Shown here: positions 1 to 10,135 of the stretch, one piece after another
Position numbering within the stretch: the stretch's first letter is position 1
Layout: every line of letters starts with the position of its first letter
Assembly: GCA_963703655.1 (NCBI GenBank)
Contig: CAVPFA010000008.1
Coordinates: 4,060-68,059 of the forward strand
Source of the DNA: an uncultured Acidimicrobiaceae bacterium
GTDB lineage: Bacteria; Actinomycetota; Acidimicrobiia; Acidimicrobiales; Bog-793
Direction: 5' to 3'
Length of the DNA stretch: 64,000 nt
Notes under the pieces: model-generated
Seen by the model: the letters and a program-made list of their open reading frames with translations, nothing else
Database searches by the model: none
What the model was told of the DNA's origin: nothing
Position numbers and translations under genes: made by a program

Positions 1-3000
1 GTCGATTTCGGTCGCGTGGGCGCTCGCCGACGACGGGACCAGGGCGGTCATCTACGAGTGCCACGAACAGGCGATCGAGTACGTGATCTCCTACGCGGAG
101 CGCGAGGTGTTCCACTCGCGTTCTGGCAAGAACGGGGTCGTGGAAGAAGACGTGACCGGCGTGGTCGCGGCTGGGTTCACGCACTTCACGAGCAGGGCTG
201 ACGACCCTCAGCTGCACGACCACCTCGTCGTTTGGAACCGGGCCAGATCGGTGTCGGACGGCAAGTGGCGCACCCTCGACTCCAAGGCGATCTTCAAGGC
301 GACGACGACGCTGTCTGAGCTTCACCAGGGAGTCCTGTCCGATCTTTTGACCTCGGCGCTCGGTGTCGGCTGGGAGGCGCGCGGACGGCGCCATTCGGCC
401 AAGCCCCGCTATGAGATCACCGGGGTCCCCGAGACGCTCATGTCCGAGTTCTCGCGCCGGTCCGGCCAGATCGTCGCGAAGTCCGAGGTCCTCCGGGCCG
501 AGTTCGCCGCCGCTCACGGGCGCAGCGCCAGCGCTGTCGAGGACATGCGCTTGCATCACACGGCGACGATTCTCACCCGGCCCGACAAGACCAAGCACAA
601 CCTTGCCGAGCTCACGACACAGTGGCGCGGCCGGGCCGCCGGTCACCTTCCCGAGGACGGCCAGATCGCCTGGGTGTCGAGCTTGAGCAAGCTCAACGAC
701 CTGCCGCTGCTTCACCGCGACGACCTCGGCGAGCCGATCCTCGCCGATGCCGCCGAGGCCGTTGTCGCGACGGTTGCCGAGCGCCACTCCACATTCGGTC
801 GCCAGAACCTTCTCGCCGAGGCTCATCGGATGCTGCACGGCGTGCGCTTTGCGTCCCCAGACGACCGGGTGGTCGTCGCCGAGCACATCGCGGATCTCGC
901 CGTCGCCCGCTCGTTGATGCTCACGCCGCCGTCGCTGCACCACACTCCCGAGCGTTACGTGCGCCCCGACGGGTCGTCGCGGCTGTCGCCCAAGAGCCAC
1001 ATCGTCTATACGACCGCGACGCTCCTCGAAGCAGAATCGCGCCTGTTAGAGGTCGCCAGAAAGACGGCGGGACCCAGAGTGAGCGTCGCTGTCGTCGCGA
1101 AGGTCGTCGGGGAGAACCTGCCGGGCCGCGACATCGCGCTCAGCATGGACCAGGCGCTCGCGGTTGAGAAGATCGCCACCTCAGGACGCCTACTCGACGT
1201 GCTCGTCGGCCCGTCCGGCACCGGCAAGTCGACCACCATGGCGGGGCTTCGCGCCACGTGGGAGGAGGCCTACGGTCAGGGCTCGGTGATCGGCCTCGCC
1301 CCCTCGGCCGCAGCCGCACAAGTGCTCGGTGACGAGCTCGGTATCGAGACGGAGAACACCGCCAAGTGGCTCACAGAGTGGCGGCGCATCCCAGAGCTTT
1401 CCGCACGACGCGACCGCCTGGCTTTGAACCTCGCCCGGCACGCCTACCCCCGCTCTCCGAGCGCGGCCAAGCTCCACCGCGAAGCTCGAGGCTACCGACC
1501 GGGCCATCGCCGAGCGGCGGCTACAGGCGCGGACAGCTCGTCATGATCGACGAGGCAACCCTCGCCGGGACGCTCGGGCTCGACGAGCTCGTCAGCGTCG
1601 CCGGGCAAGCCGGATCGAAGGTGCTGTTGCTCGGAGACGGAGAACAGAACGGGTCCGTCGAGGCGGGTGGGGCGTTCTCGCTCCTGGTGCGAGACCGCGG
1701 TGATCTCGTCGCGGAGCTGACTGACGTCCGGCGGTTCCGCTCGGAGTGGGAGATCACCGCCAGCCTCCAGCTCCGCCGCGGCGACAGGTCGGCTATCGAC
1801 TCTTACCAAGCCCACGATCGCATCACAGGCGGTGATCGCGAAGTCCTGCTCGACGCCCTCTACGCGGCGTGGAAGGAAGATGTTGACGCCGGCAAGACGA
1901 GCCTGATGATCGCCGCCGACGCGGTCACCGTCTCCGAGCTGAACCGGCGCGCGAGAGAAGACCGCGTCTGCGAAGGGACGGTCACTCAAGACGGCGTGCC
2001 GATAGCCGGGGGACAGACTGCAGGCGCAGGCGACGAGATCGTGACCCGTCAGAACGACCGGGCGCTCACTGCCGGCAAGAGCTGGGTCAAAAACGGCGAC
2101 CGCTTCGTGGTCTCTTCCACCAGCTCCGATGGCAGCATGACCGTGCGCCGCAGCTCGAGATCCTCCGAGGTGGTGTTGCCCGCGGACTACGTGGCCCAGC
2201 ACGTCGAGCTCGCGTATGCGACGACCGCATTTCGTTCGCAAGGTCGCACCGTTGACACCACGCACTCGATGGTCGCTCCGACTACGACGCGCGAGGTGCT
2301 GTATGTCGCCGCGACGCGAGGTCGCGAGTGCAACTGGCTTTATGTCGACACCACGTACGACCCGGATCCTGCGACGAGCCACGACGGCGTCGTCGTGCCA
2401 CAAAGCGCTAGCGACGTGCTGGCCGGCGTGCTCGCGAACGAGGGTGCGGAGCGCTCCGCACACGAGGCTCTCGAGCGTGCTCAAAGCCAGGCAGAAGACT
2501 TCGCCACCCTCGCGGCCGAGTACGAGACGCTCGCCCGGGTAGCCCAACAGCAACGTTGGGACGACTTGCTCGATCGGTCGGGTCTCGGACACGGCCGTCT
2601 CGAGCAGGTACGCCAGAGCGCCGCCTACGGCCCACTGCTCACCGACCTTAGAGATGCTGAGTCGCGCGGTCTCGACGTGGAAAGAGTCTTCCCCGATCTC
2701 GTCGCGGCTCGCGCACTCGACGACGCGGAGGACCCAGCCGCGGTCATGCACGCCCGGGTGGGAGCTTGGGCACGAGCCGACGGGTCGGACCAGCATGCGA
2801 GTACGAACCTCATCGCGGGACTGATCCCCCGAGCTGCCGGCGTCACCGATCCGGACATGGCCCGGGCCCTTGACGAGCGGGACGTCGCGATGGGGCGCCG
2901 GGCGCGGGAGATGGCAGAGCAGGCCATCGTGGAGGGACAGGCCTGGGCGCGCTCCCTCGGTGCGCCACCCTCGGACCCGATAACCCGGGAACGTTGGATG

Positions 3001-3225
3001 GAGGCCCTCTCGATCGTCGCTGCCTACCGGGACCGCCGGAAGCTCGGCATGGACCATCGACCCCTTGGCCCCACCAGCGCGGTCGAAGCGGTCGGCGAAC
3101 GCAACCGCGCCCACGCGGCGCTCCAGCGGGCGATCAAGCTCGGCGTGGAGCCCCAGAGGCAGCCAGCCGAAACCCACTACGCCGTCGAGGTCGGTACGGC
3201 TGCTGAACGCTCGCTTGCACTCTGA
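1..3225 (+). pseudogene. traA: MobF-family conjugative relaxase-helicase (TraA/TrwC-like); 5' end outside window; reading frame broken near 1.44-1.54 kb
   Basis: Frame 2 is open from nt 2 (SISVAWALADDGTRAVIYECHEQAIEYV). ORF 83..1546 has the relaxase His-triad motif (HFTSRADDPQLHDHLVVWN) and a Walker A (VGPSGTGKST). ORF 1366..3225, in another frame, continues with a Walker B-like LVMIDEATL and RecD/TraA-type C-terminal motifs (YATTAFRSQGRTVD, LYVAATRGRE). Confidence 0.8.
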
Positions 3226-3470
3226 TCCCGTAACGGCCAGCGGGACGGAGCGGGGAGGCGAAGTGTGGCATCGGGCGCACCCTTCGCTGGTCGAGTGGGA
3301 GCAACGCTTCATCGAACGGACCGGAGCGCATTCGCAATCAAGCGCTCTCAGCGACAAGCCCACCTCGGGTCACTAGTCCTCCGCGGGTGAGGCCGCTGAC
3401 AACCCGCCATCATGCTCCGATCGTAGGTCGGCTCCGAGTGTAGGGTCGATCAGCTGAGCATTGTCAGGAT

Positions 3471-4760
3471 GTGACGAAAATGAGCTGGAGTCCCTCGGGT
3501 GATGGCAACCCGCTGGGTGAGCGTTGGTGGCTCCAGTTCGACGAGCAGGTCCTGTGGGAGGGTGCTCCGGACCCGACGGTAATCTTCGCCAAGCAAGACC
3601 GGGTTCTTGTTCCCTTCAGCATCGTCTGGGCGGGCTTCGCGCTCTTCTGGGAAGCGGGCGTCAGCACGGCTGGCTTCATTCCCGGATCGATCTTTGGGCT
3701 TGTCTTCGTCATTGTCGGCGTGTACTTGGTCATCGGGCGGTTCTTTTACAAGAGATGGGATCGTCGGCGCACCCGGTACGTAGTCACCAACCGCAGGGCG
3801 GTGGTACTGCGCTCGGGTGGGCGCTCTCTCCAAGAGGCGCCGATCGCGTTCGCTCCCATGCAGGTCGAGCTCGCCCGGGATGGTCGGCACGCTTCAGTGG
3901 TTTGGTCACTGGACCCCCAACCCGACCGGCAGGCAGGCGGCTTCGCTCGCCTCACCAGCACGGGCGCGATGGGCAGCACGTGGTTGATCGGCAGCGGTTG
4001 GCCGGGGAGCGGTGGCAGCCGCACACCGGCGGTGGCCTTTCTCGACGTGACAGATTTCGAGCGCCTGCTCGCCGTCGTCAATCAAGTTCGTGCCGGTGCG
4101 TACCCACCGGTTCCGACTGCAGCGCCGTCGACTGGGTGGTTACCTCCGCCACCGCCGCCGACAGCTAGGGAGTGGTTCCCCACTGGGGCCGCCATTAGAG
4201 GACCCGGGCTACCGGCGGCGGGCGCCGTCCTCATGGTTGGATTGGCGGTCACGGTCTTCACGGCAGTGTTCGCTGTCAACCGGGTGACGAGATACCTGGA
4301 TCATCCGCCGCGGATGTCGGCTCCCGGGTCGACCACTCTGGCTCTCGACCCCGGAACCTACGTGATCTTTGAGCACCCGAGTTCCCCGCGTGTGCCGAGC
4401 TACTGCCCGATCAGCAGCCAGTGTGCGACCTTCGGACCCTCAGACGTCGACGTCGTCAGCACTTCGGGAGTCCGCCTGGTCGTCGACGCCGACTTGAGTT
4501 CCGATCGGATCACTGAGGGTGATCTGACCTATCGCGGAGTTGTGGAGTTCCACGTGGCAAGAGCGGGCTCCTACAGGATTGTCGTCCGGCCATCGGCTCC
4601 GGGGCATCTCGTCATTGATCCGTCTCCCGGTCAGGAGGTCCATGCCTTTGCAGGCTGGATCGCTCTCGGAGGCGCTGGTCTGATCGGGATTGTCACGGGG
4701 GTGGTCTCGATCGCTCGCACTCGTCGGAGGCGCCGTCTGCCGGCAACGTTGCCTCCCTAA
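3471..4760 (+). CDS. Membrane protein with putative bacterial PH-like (YdbS/YdbT-type) N-terminal module and an extracytoplasmic C-terminal domain
   Basis: 429-aa ORF. Two N-terminal TM helices are followed by an RYVVTNRRAVVL-type segment, a Pro-rich linker (PPPPPP), a third TM, a ~150-aa domain, and a C-terminal TM plus RRRRR anchor. The family call is tentative. Confidence 0.5.
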   Translation: MTKMSWSPSGDGNPLGERWWLQFDEQVLWEGAPDPTVIFAKQDRVLVPFSIVWAGFALFWEAGVSTAGFIPGSIFGLVFVIVGVYLVIGRFFYKRWDRRRTRYVVTNRRAVVLRSGGRSLQEAPIAFAPMQVELARDGRHASVVWSLDPQPDRQAGGFARLTSTGAMGSTWLIGSGWPGSGGSRTPAVAFLDVTDFERLLAVVNQVRAGAYPPVPTAAPSTGWLPPPPPPTAREWFPTGAAIRGPGLPAAGAVLMVGLAVTVFTAVFAVNRVTRYLDHPPRMSAPGSTTLALDPGTYVIFEHPSSPRVPSYCPISSQCATFGPSDVDVVSTSGVRLVVDADLSSDRITEGDLTYRGVVEFHVARAGSYRIVVRPSAPGHLVIDPSPGQEVHAFAGWIALGGAGLIGIVTGVVSIARTRRRRRLPATLPP

Positions 4761-4860
4761 TCCACTCGGAGGCGGCAGTCGTAGTGGGCCGCTATTACGA
4801 CCGGTTCAGGCCAATTCTGATCAGGCCAGTGGCTTATCGCGGGACACAAACGATCGCGGC

Positions 4861-5190
4861 TTAGCTAGCGGGAAAGATACTGCGGAGAATCTCAGGCAAC
4901 TCCTGCCACTCATCTCGTGCCATAAAAAGGCAGAAGTTTGGAACGAGTATCCCTAAAAAGACGAGATGGCAACCGCCTCCGATGGCCAAAGGAACACCAC
5001 CACTAACGATGCCAAGGAGCATGAACAGCAGTGACCCAAGACACATCATCAATGTGTAGAGCTTTGTAACTCTGGAGACGCCAACCCTGCCTACCACGGC
5101 GGTTCCTGTGGAACGAGCTTCCAATCTGCCGATGTAGTGAGGGCGCCAAACATTTCCGCGTAGACCTGTCAACTTTTCGAGGTAGTACAT
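4861..5190 (-). CDS. Hypothetical small membrane protein (two TM helices) in a lower-GC patch
   Basis: 109-aa ORF lying 9 nt downstream of ORF 5200..5433 on the same strand. It has hydrophobic stretches LMMCLGSLLFMLLGIVSGGVPLAIGG and HLVFLGILVPNFCLF. Local GC is visibly lower than the surroundings. No family recognised. Confidence 0.45.
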   Translation of the reverse strand: MYYLEKLTGLRGNVWRPHYIGRLEARSTGTAVVGRVGVSRVTKLYTLMMCLGSLLFMLLGIVSGGVPLAIGGGCHLVFLGILVPNFCLFMARDEWQELPEILRSIFPAS

Positions 5191-5199
5191 ATCAAACGC

Positions 5200-5433
5200 T
5201 CACGACTGAATCCGCCCTTGTAGCAAGACACCTTCCGACCTCAGGCGCTGCACCCGTCGCCAGTCGTCGCCGAACAGCGAGGGCGAGTCACGGGTGAACG
5301 TGCCTAGAGGCGACGTTGTTCGCGCCGACAACACTCGTTTGTAGTCCTCTGGGGACCGAGTGGAATAGAAGCGCAGTTCCACGCCGAAGATCCTTCCCCG
5401 TAGAGATCGTCTCCAGCTGGTCCAAGAAGACAT
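5200..5433 (-). CDS. Hypothetical small basic protein, first gene of the lower-GC two-gene cassette
   Basis: 77-aa ORF directly upstream of the 109-aa membrane ORF. No family recognised. Its start lies about 15 nt from the IS256-family inverted repeat. Confidence 0.4.
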   Translation of the reverse strand: MSSWTSWRRSLRGRIFGVELRFYSTRSPEDYKRVLSARTTSPLGTFTRDSPSLFGDDWRRVQRLRSEGVLLQGRIQS

Positions 5434-5447
5434 GGAGGAATCGTCAA

Positions 5448-6845
5448 GAGTTGTGGATAGCCCTTCCCGATGATCACGCGGCGGCTTCCTGATCGGACAG
5501 CTTGGCGCGCTCGACCATCACCCCCTTTTCGAACTTGGCGCCGGCGCGGACGAGTGCGACGAGGTGCGGAGCATTCACCGAGCGCCAGCGCTCCTCGGCG
5601 GCTTCCATGAGTTTGAAGGCCATGGCGAGACCGGCCGCTTTGGATCCCGGGCCTTTTGTGACCCGCGTCCGGAGCCGGACCGTCGAGAAGGTCGACTCGA
5701 TCGGGTTCGAGGTCTTCAAGTGGATCCAGTGCTCGAGCGGGAAGTCATAGAACGTGAGGAGCTCGTCGAGATCGTCGGTGATCTTGGCGGTCGCCTTCGG
5801 CCATTTGCCGCCCAGCTCGTGGCAGAAGGCCTGAGCGCCAATGCGTGCGTGCTCTTTGTCCTCGGCGTCACGGATCTCAGACAGGAGCTTCTTCGCGAGC
5901 GGCTTGATCGATGCAGGCAGCGCTCCGAGAACGTTCGCCGCCTTGTGGAACCAGTCGCGCTGCTCGCGAGTCTCGGGGAAGACGAGACGTAGCGCCTTCC
6001 AGAACCCGAGGGCCCCGTCACCGACGGCCACCATCGGGGCTTTCATGCCGCGGTGGCGCAGGTCGCGAAGCATCGCCTGCCCAGGCGTCCGCGGACTCGC
6101 GGTGTCCCTCTCCGATCGCGACGAGCTCCTTGTGGCCGTCCTGGCGAACTCCCACCACGACAAGAGCGCACAGGCGGGCCTCTTCGAGACGAACGTTGAA
6201 GTGCACGCCGTCGACCCAGACATAGACGAAGTCCCGATCAGCAAGGGACCGCTTCATGAACGCCTCGTGCTCGGCCTGCCAGGCCACACAGAGTCGCCCG
6301 ATAGCAGAGGCCGAGAGCCCGGCCGCCGAGCCGAAGAACCCCTCGAGAGCCGGGACGAAGTCCTTGGTCGACAACCCGTGCAGGTACAACAACGGCAGCA
6401 CCTCGGTCACCTTCGGCGAGGTTCGACACCACGGAGGCACGATCGAGGACTTGAACCGCATCTTGTCCCCGCTCTCGGGGTCGACCCGGCGGTCGTCGAC
6501 GCGCGGTGCCTCGATCTCGATGGCTCCAGCAGAGGTCGTCACCCTTCGGCGCCGAGCGTGTCCGTTGCGCACCACGAGGCGGTGGCCATCGTCGTCGAGC
6601 ACGCTCGCGTGGCTCTCGACGTAGTCATCCACCTCGGCCTCGAGCGCGACCGCCAGCATCTGGCGCGCTCCGTACCTGCAGATCTCGTCCAGCATCGACG
6701 CAACGTCCTCACGCGCGTCGCCGTTGATCACTACGCTCAACATTGGCGTTCCTTCCTCGCCGGAGCTCGAACTCCGGCGCTCTTCTTCTTTGGTCAAGAA
6801 GGAAGGTACGCCGCGCCCTCGAACGGGTGGGCGATCCACAACTTC
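5448..6845 (-). mobile_element. IS256-family insertion sequence (~1.4 kb)
   Basis: Terminal inverted repeats: GTTGTGGATAGCCC at 5450-5463, and GGGCGATCCACAAC at 6829-6842 (reverse complement GTTGTGGATCGCCC). They enclose a Mutator/IS256-type transposase. Exact ends are +/- a few nt. I saw no target-site duplication. Confidence 0.75.
5474..6743 (-). pseudogene. IS256-family transposase, frame-shifted near 6074
   Basis: ORF 6018..6839 (from internal Met MLSVVINGDAREDV at 6743) and ORF 5474..6244 together give a typical IS256 transposase (GHRESADAWAG | MLRDLRHRGMKAPMVAVGDGALGFWKAL ... SNPIESTF). The two halves are offset by one nt around 6070-6080. Confidence 0.8.
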
Positions 6846-6997
6846 AGGTCATACCTCGAAGACATGAAGCTCGTTAGTTTAGAGTGTATAGATTGCGAGG
6901 GCCCGCAAGCCAGTCGCAGTGGATTAATCATCATGGTATGACCTTCACGCTGGCGAAAGGGCGCGCATCACAGTCACAGGCCACGAAGGATGACATG

Positions 6998-7741
6998 TCA
7001 GGCTGTCACAACCTCGAGGGGTTTCGGGTCGGTGCTGGCCTTCGCGGCCAAGCGCTTCAAGTAGTGGTCGCGGGAGATATAGATACCGAACCGGATCATC
7101 CAGATGGTCTCCGGGTACGCGGCCAGCCGCTCCATGGCGCCCGGACCGAGGCCGAAGTATCGCTGGCAAGCGAACAGTAGAAGCGCCACCAGTGAAGCCA
7201 GACTGAAGAAGATCGAGTATCCGCGCAACCGAACGGGGAGCCGCACAGCTAGTCCGACCAGCAATATGCCGAGGTTGCCTATTCCAATGGCAAGCCCTGC
7301 GCCGGTCATGTGAAGGATACGAACCGTGTTTTCGGGCCGCACACCCACGAGGATGACGCCAAGACCGCCCAAGCCGAGGCACAAGAAGCCCCAGAACGAC
7401 GCTCGGCGTTCCCTCCGCTCGCGCTCGGTGAACTCCTGATAGAGCAGCAGCGCGCCCGAGAACATCACCAAGCCGAGGCCAACGAAACCGATGTTCATCC
7501 ACAAGTTCCGCGGAGAGCAGACGTAAGAGCCGCGGTACTGGCCACACGCTGTGCTGCCCAAATCGCTGATGGTGTTGCTAACCAAGCTGTAGGGCGGATG
7601 CCATACCCAGCCGACAAATATCTGGTCAATGAAGTAGAGAACGCTGGCCATCCAGAGGGTAGGTCCAAGCCAGGGGTGGTCGTCCGCGAAGCTCTTGACT
7701 CGGGCTCGTGGTCCCGAAGCGGCGACGATCATCGGCTGCAC
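6998..7741 (-). CDS. Polytopic membrane protein, DUF998-like
   Basis: 247-aa ORF with about 6 TM helices. The motif PYSLVSNTISDLGSTACG ... VCSPRNLWMNIGFVGLGL resembles DUF998 proteins, recalled from memory. Confidence 0.55.
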   Translation of the reverse strand: MQPMIVAASGPRARVKSFADDHPWLGPTLWMASVLYFIDQIFVGWVWHPPYSLVSNTISDLGSTACGQYRGSYVCSPRNLWMNIGFVGLGLVMFSGALLLYQEFTERERRERRASFWGFLCLGLGGLGVILVGVRPENTVRILHMTGAGLAIGIGNLGILLVGLAVRLPVRLRGYSIFFSLASLVALLLFACQRYFGLGPGAMERLAAYPETIWMIRFGIYISRDHYLKRLAAKASTDPKPLEVVTA

Positions 7742-8104
7742 TCCCCCTTTCGAGGTTCCATCTGTCCGGCATGCCGCTGGAGATAGGACCTGACGACTAG
7801 GTCGACTGATCGCTCAGGGACACGCAGCAGAGTTCAGTGTAAGCACGCCAGGCCTATCGTCAAGTACGCGTCACTCCCGCCGGCCGCCTCGGTTTTCCCT
7901 CTCGGTTCCAGCGTCAGCAGAGCGAGCGCATCGAACCACCCTGGGTTCGATGGAGAGACCGTCTTGATCACTCGCCGGTGGCTGACCCGCCGGCGACGGA
8001 CCCGCTTGGCGGAACCTGCGCCAGCCGCCTGCCAGACCTGCTCATGCGGGCCTCCGCGTCGGCGCACGAGGGTTGAAGACGGTGTCGACAGTTGACCGCT
8101 CCGT

Positions 8105-10135
8105 CTCGAGCGCCGCGAGAGGATCACCGGTCGAGACACGTCAAGACAAGCAACGGGATCATTGATTGCGGTAGGGACCGCCCTTTCGGGCGGCCCCCCG
8201 CACAGATCCCAGCGTGCACTCCTAATGCACTGGGCTCCTGCCTTAGGTCCGAGCGTCAAAGCGCACGCTCGGGAAGGGATGCTTTACACGGACCGGGGGT
8301 ATCCACCGTTTCTCGTAGAGTCTCATCCGCTTCCAGTTCATCCGGGTGCGCTGGCTTCGACGCCGGAGCGCCTCGAACCAGTACCGGATCAGCTGAGTGC
8401 GGAATGCCGCCACGGCGTCGGTGTTGCCGGGCACGGCGTAATAGGCGAGATGGCCTCGCACCACTGAGCCGAGCCACTCCCCTTGTTCGGGAACGGGGTA
8501 GTGCCGACGTTGCTTGATCTGGTCTTTGACCTCGGCAAGCTTGGCCCGCATCCGCTTCGAGATGGTCTTTCGCTTCAGCCAGAACCGCCCGGCCTTGGTC
8601 TTCCCGCAGTAGTGCGTTAACCCCAAGAAACCGAACGTCTCGGGCTTCCCGTCGCCCCGGGCCGCACGATCCCGGGCGGCATTGCGCCCGAACTCGATGA
8701 GCCTGGTCTTGTCGGGATGCAATTCCAGGCCGAACTTCGAGAATCGCTCTCGGAGGTCGATGAGGAACTGCTCGGCGTCGGACTTGTACTCGAACCCGGC
8801 GACGAAGTCGTCGGCGAACCTCACGATGATGACGTCACCGTGGGCGTGCCGCTTCCTCCATTGCCGGACCCATCGGTCGAGGACGTAGTGGAGGTAGACA
8901 TTGGCGAGCAACGGAGAAGCCGATGCCCCCTGAGGGGCACCGGTCTCGCTCGCCGTCCACTCCCCGTCTTCGATCACCCCTGCGTTCAGCCACTTTCGGA
9001 TGAGCCGCAGTACCCGCTTGTCCGCTATCCGGTGCTCGAGGAACCTCGTGAGCCAATCGTGATCGAGATTGGTGAAAAATTCTTTCACGTCGGCGTCAAG
9101 CACCCAGTTCACCTTTTTCCGTTCGATCCCGACCGTGAGGGCGTCGAGCGCATCGTGCGGTCGGCGCCCGGGTCGGAACCCGTAGGAAAAGCCCAGGAAG
9201 TCCTCCTCGTAGATGGCGTTGAGCACCTCGACGACGGCCCGCTGAAGGATCTTGTCCTCCAGCGTGGCGATGCCGAGCGGCCGGAGCCGCCCGTCCGCCT
9301 TCTCGATGTACGCCCTGCGAGACGGACTTGCCCGGTATGCCCCGCTGTTGACTCTGGCGAGCAGTCCCTGGAGGTTCGCTTCCAGGTCCTCCCCGTAGGA
9401 ATCCCACGTCACCCCGTCGATCCCCGGTGCGGCCAGGGGGCGGATCGCCCAGTAGGCCTTCCAGAGACGGTCGAAGTCGACATGGTGCAGCAAGGCGGTG
9501 AACCGTGCATCCTTGTCCTTGCGTGCTGCTTTGCGCACACGGTCCAGCCCGCTTGACACGTCAGGCCCGGCACTGCGTCCGGGACGTGTTGGGTCGTCCG
9601 TGTTCCCCTCGGCCAGCCCCCTTTCCTCCACCACCTCCGCACCGACGGCCGACGCCATCGCCTTGTTCGGCGGCTTCGCAGGTACTACGGGGCTGTCAGA
9701 CTTCCCACGCTCGTTCATCCCAGGATTACGGCCTTGGCCTTGCCCGAGCGGCCCGACGGGCGATCAACCCGAGGGGCGAGTGTGGGATCTCCCGGTTCTC
9801 GCGCATGGAGATTCCGTACATGCACAGGTTCTTCGACCGCGCGGGGTCCGCAAGCAGCTCGCGATCGCGCGGCCTGCGATGTGGCCTTCCGCTCATTTCG
9901 ACAGCGTCGGCACCCCGGTCTCGTTGATTTCGCGGCTCAATAGCCCAGCCTGCACGCACCCCTATCCAACGCTTCGCCGCCGCCCTTGCGGACGACAACG
10001 CATGGTCGGGGCCGTCGTGGGTCGCTACCCCTTCAACGTAGAGCGTCTTCCTCTCCTTCTCCATGCCGGTTTATCCCGGCGCTCCGAAGCACGGCCACGA
10101 CGAACATCGCGATGGGGTGCCGGATCGGTCGCATC
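8105..10135 (-). mobile_element. Group II intron (about 2.0 kb, boundaries approximate)
   Basis: Encodes an RT/maturase. A domain V-like hairpin lies just 3' of the ORF (minus-strand GUGCGGGGGGCCGCCCGAAAGGGCGGUCCCUACCGCA, 8167-8203), followed by a domain VI-like hairpin (~8122-8160). About 415 nt of structured RNA lies 5' of the ORF. The exact 5' (near 10130) and 3' (near 8110) splice sites were not determined. Confidence 0.7.
8243..9718 (-). CDS. Group II intron reverse transcriptase/maturase (no endonuclease domain seen)
   Basis: 491-aa intact ORF. RT blocks: RPLGIATLEDKILQRAV, FSYGFRPGRRPHDAL, the catalytic FADDFV, and an X/maturase-like C-terminus (RGHLAYYAVPGN). There is no HNH motif at the C-terminus. 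Confidence 0.9.
   Translation of the reverse strand: MNERGKSDSPVVPAKPPNKAMASAVGAEVVEERGLAEGNTDDPTRPGRSAGPDVSSGLDRVRKAARKDKDARFTALLHHVDFDRLWKAYWAIRPLAAPGIDGVTWDSYGEDLEANLQGLLARVNSGAYRASPSRRAYIEKADGRLRPLGIATLEDKILQRAVVEVLNAIYEEDFLGFSYGFRPGRRPHDALDALTVGIERKKVNWVLDADVKEFFTNLDHDWLTRFLEHRIADKRVLRLIRKWLNAGVIEDGEWTASETGAPQGASASPLLANVYLHYVLDRWVRQWRKRHAHGDVIIVRFADDFVAGFEYKSDAEQFLIDLRERFSKFGLELHPDKTRLIEFGRNAARDRAARGDGKPETFGFLGLTHYCGKTKAGRFWLKRKTISKRMRAKLAEVKDQIKQRRHYPVPEQGEWLGSVVRGHLAYYAVPGNTDAVAAFRTQLIRYWFEALRRRSQRTRMNWKRMRLYEKRWIPPVRVKHPFPSVRFDART

Noticed and set aside
1492-3363. 623-aa minus-strand ORF antisense to the relaxase gene. Similar long alternative-frame or antisense ORFs include 19607..21259, 19618..22188, 24000..25067, 28071..29474, 31647..32999, 35741..36784, 47707..49170 and 49940..51145.
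   Set aside because: They are Arg/Pro/Gly/Ala-rich translations with no recognisable motifs. Each fully overlaps a gene with clear family signatures on the other strand or frame. They are the typical stop-codon-poor shadow ORFs of high-GC DNA.
4783-4800. Short match (GTGGGCCG plus scattered bases) to the 3' end of tRNA-Val, considered as the missing distal att site of the left island
   Set aside because: Only 8 contiguous nt match, and the similarity collapses immediately after. That is expected by chance in GC-rich sequence.
7834-8259. 141-aa minus-strand ORF downstream of the intron RT
   Set aside because: It overlaps the domain V/VI RNA structures of the intron and continues into Arg-rich sequence. 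It shows no coding features.
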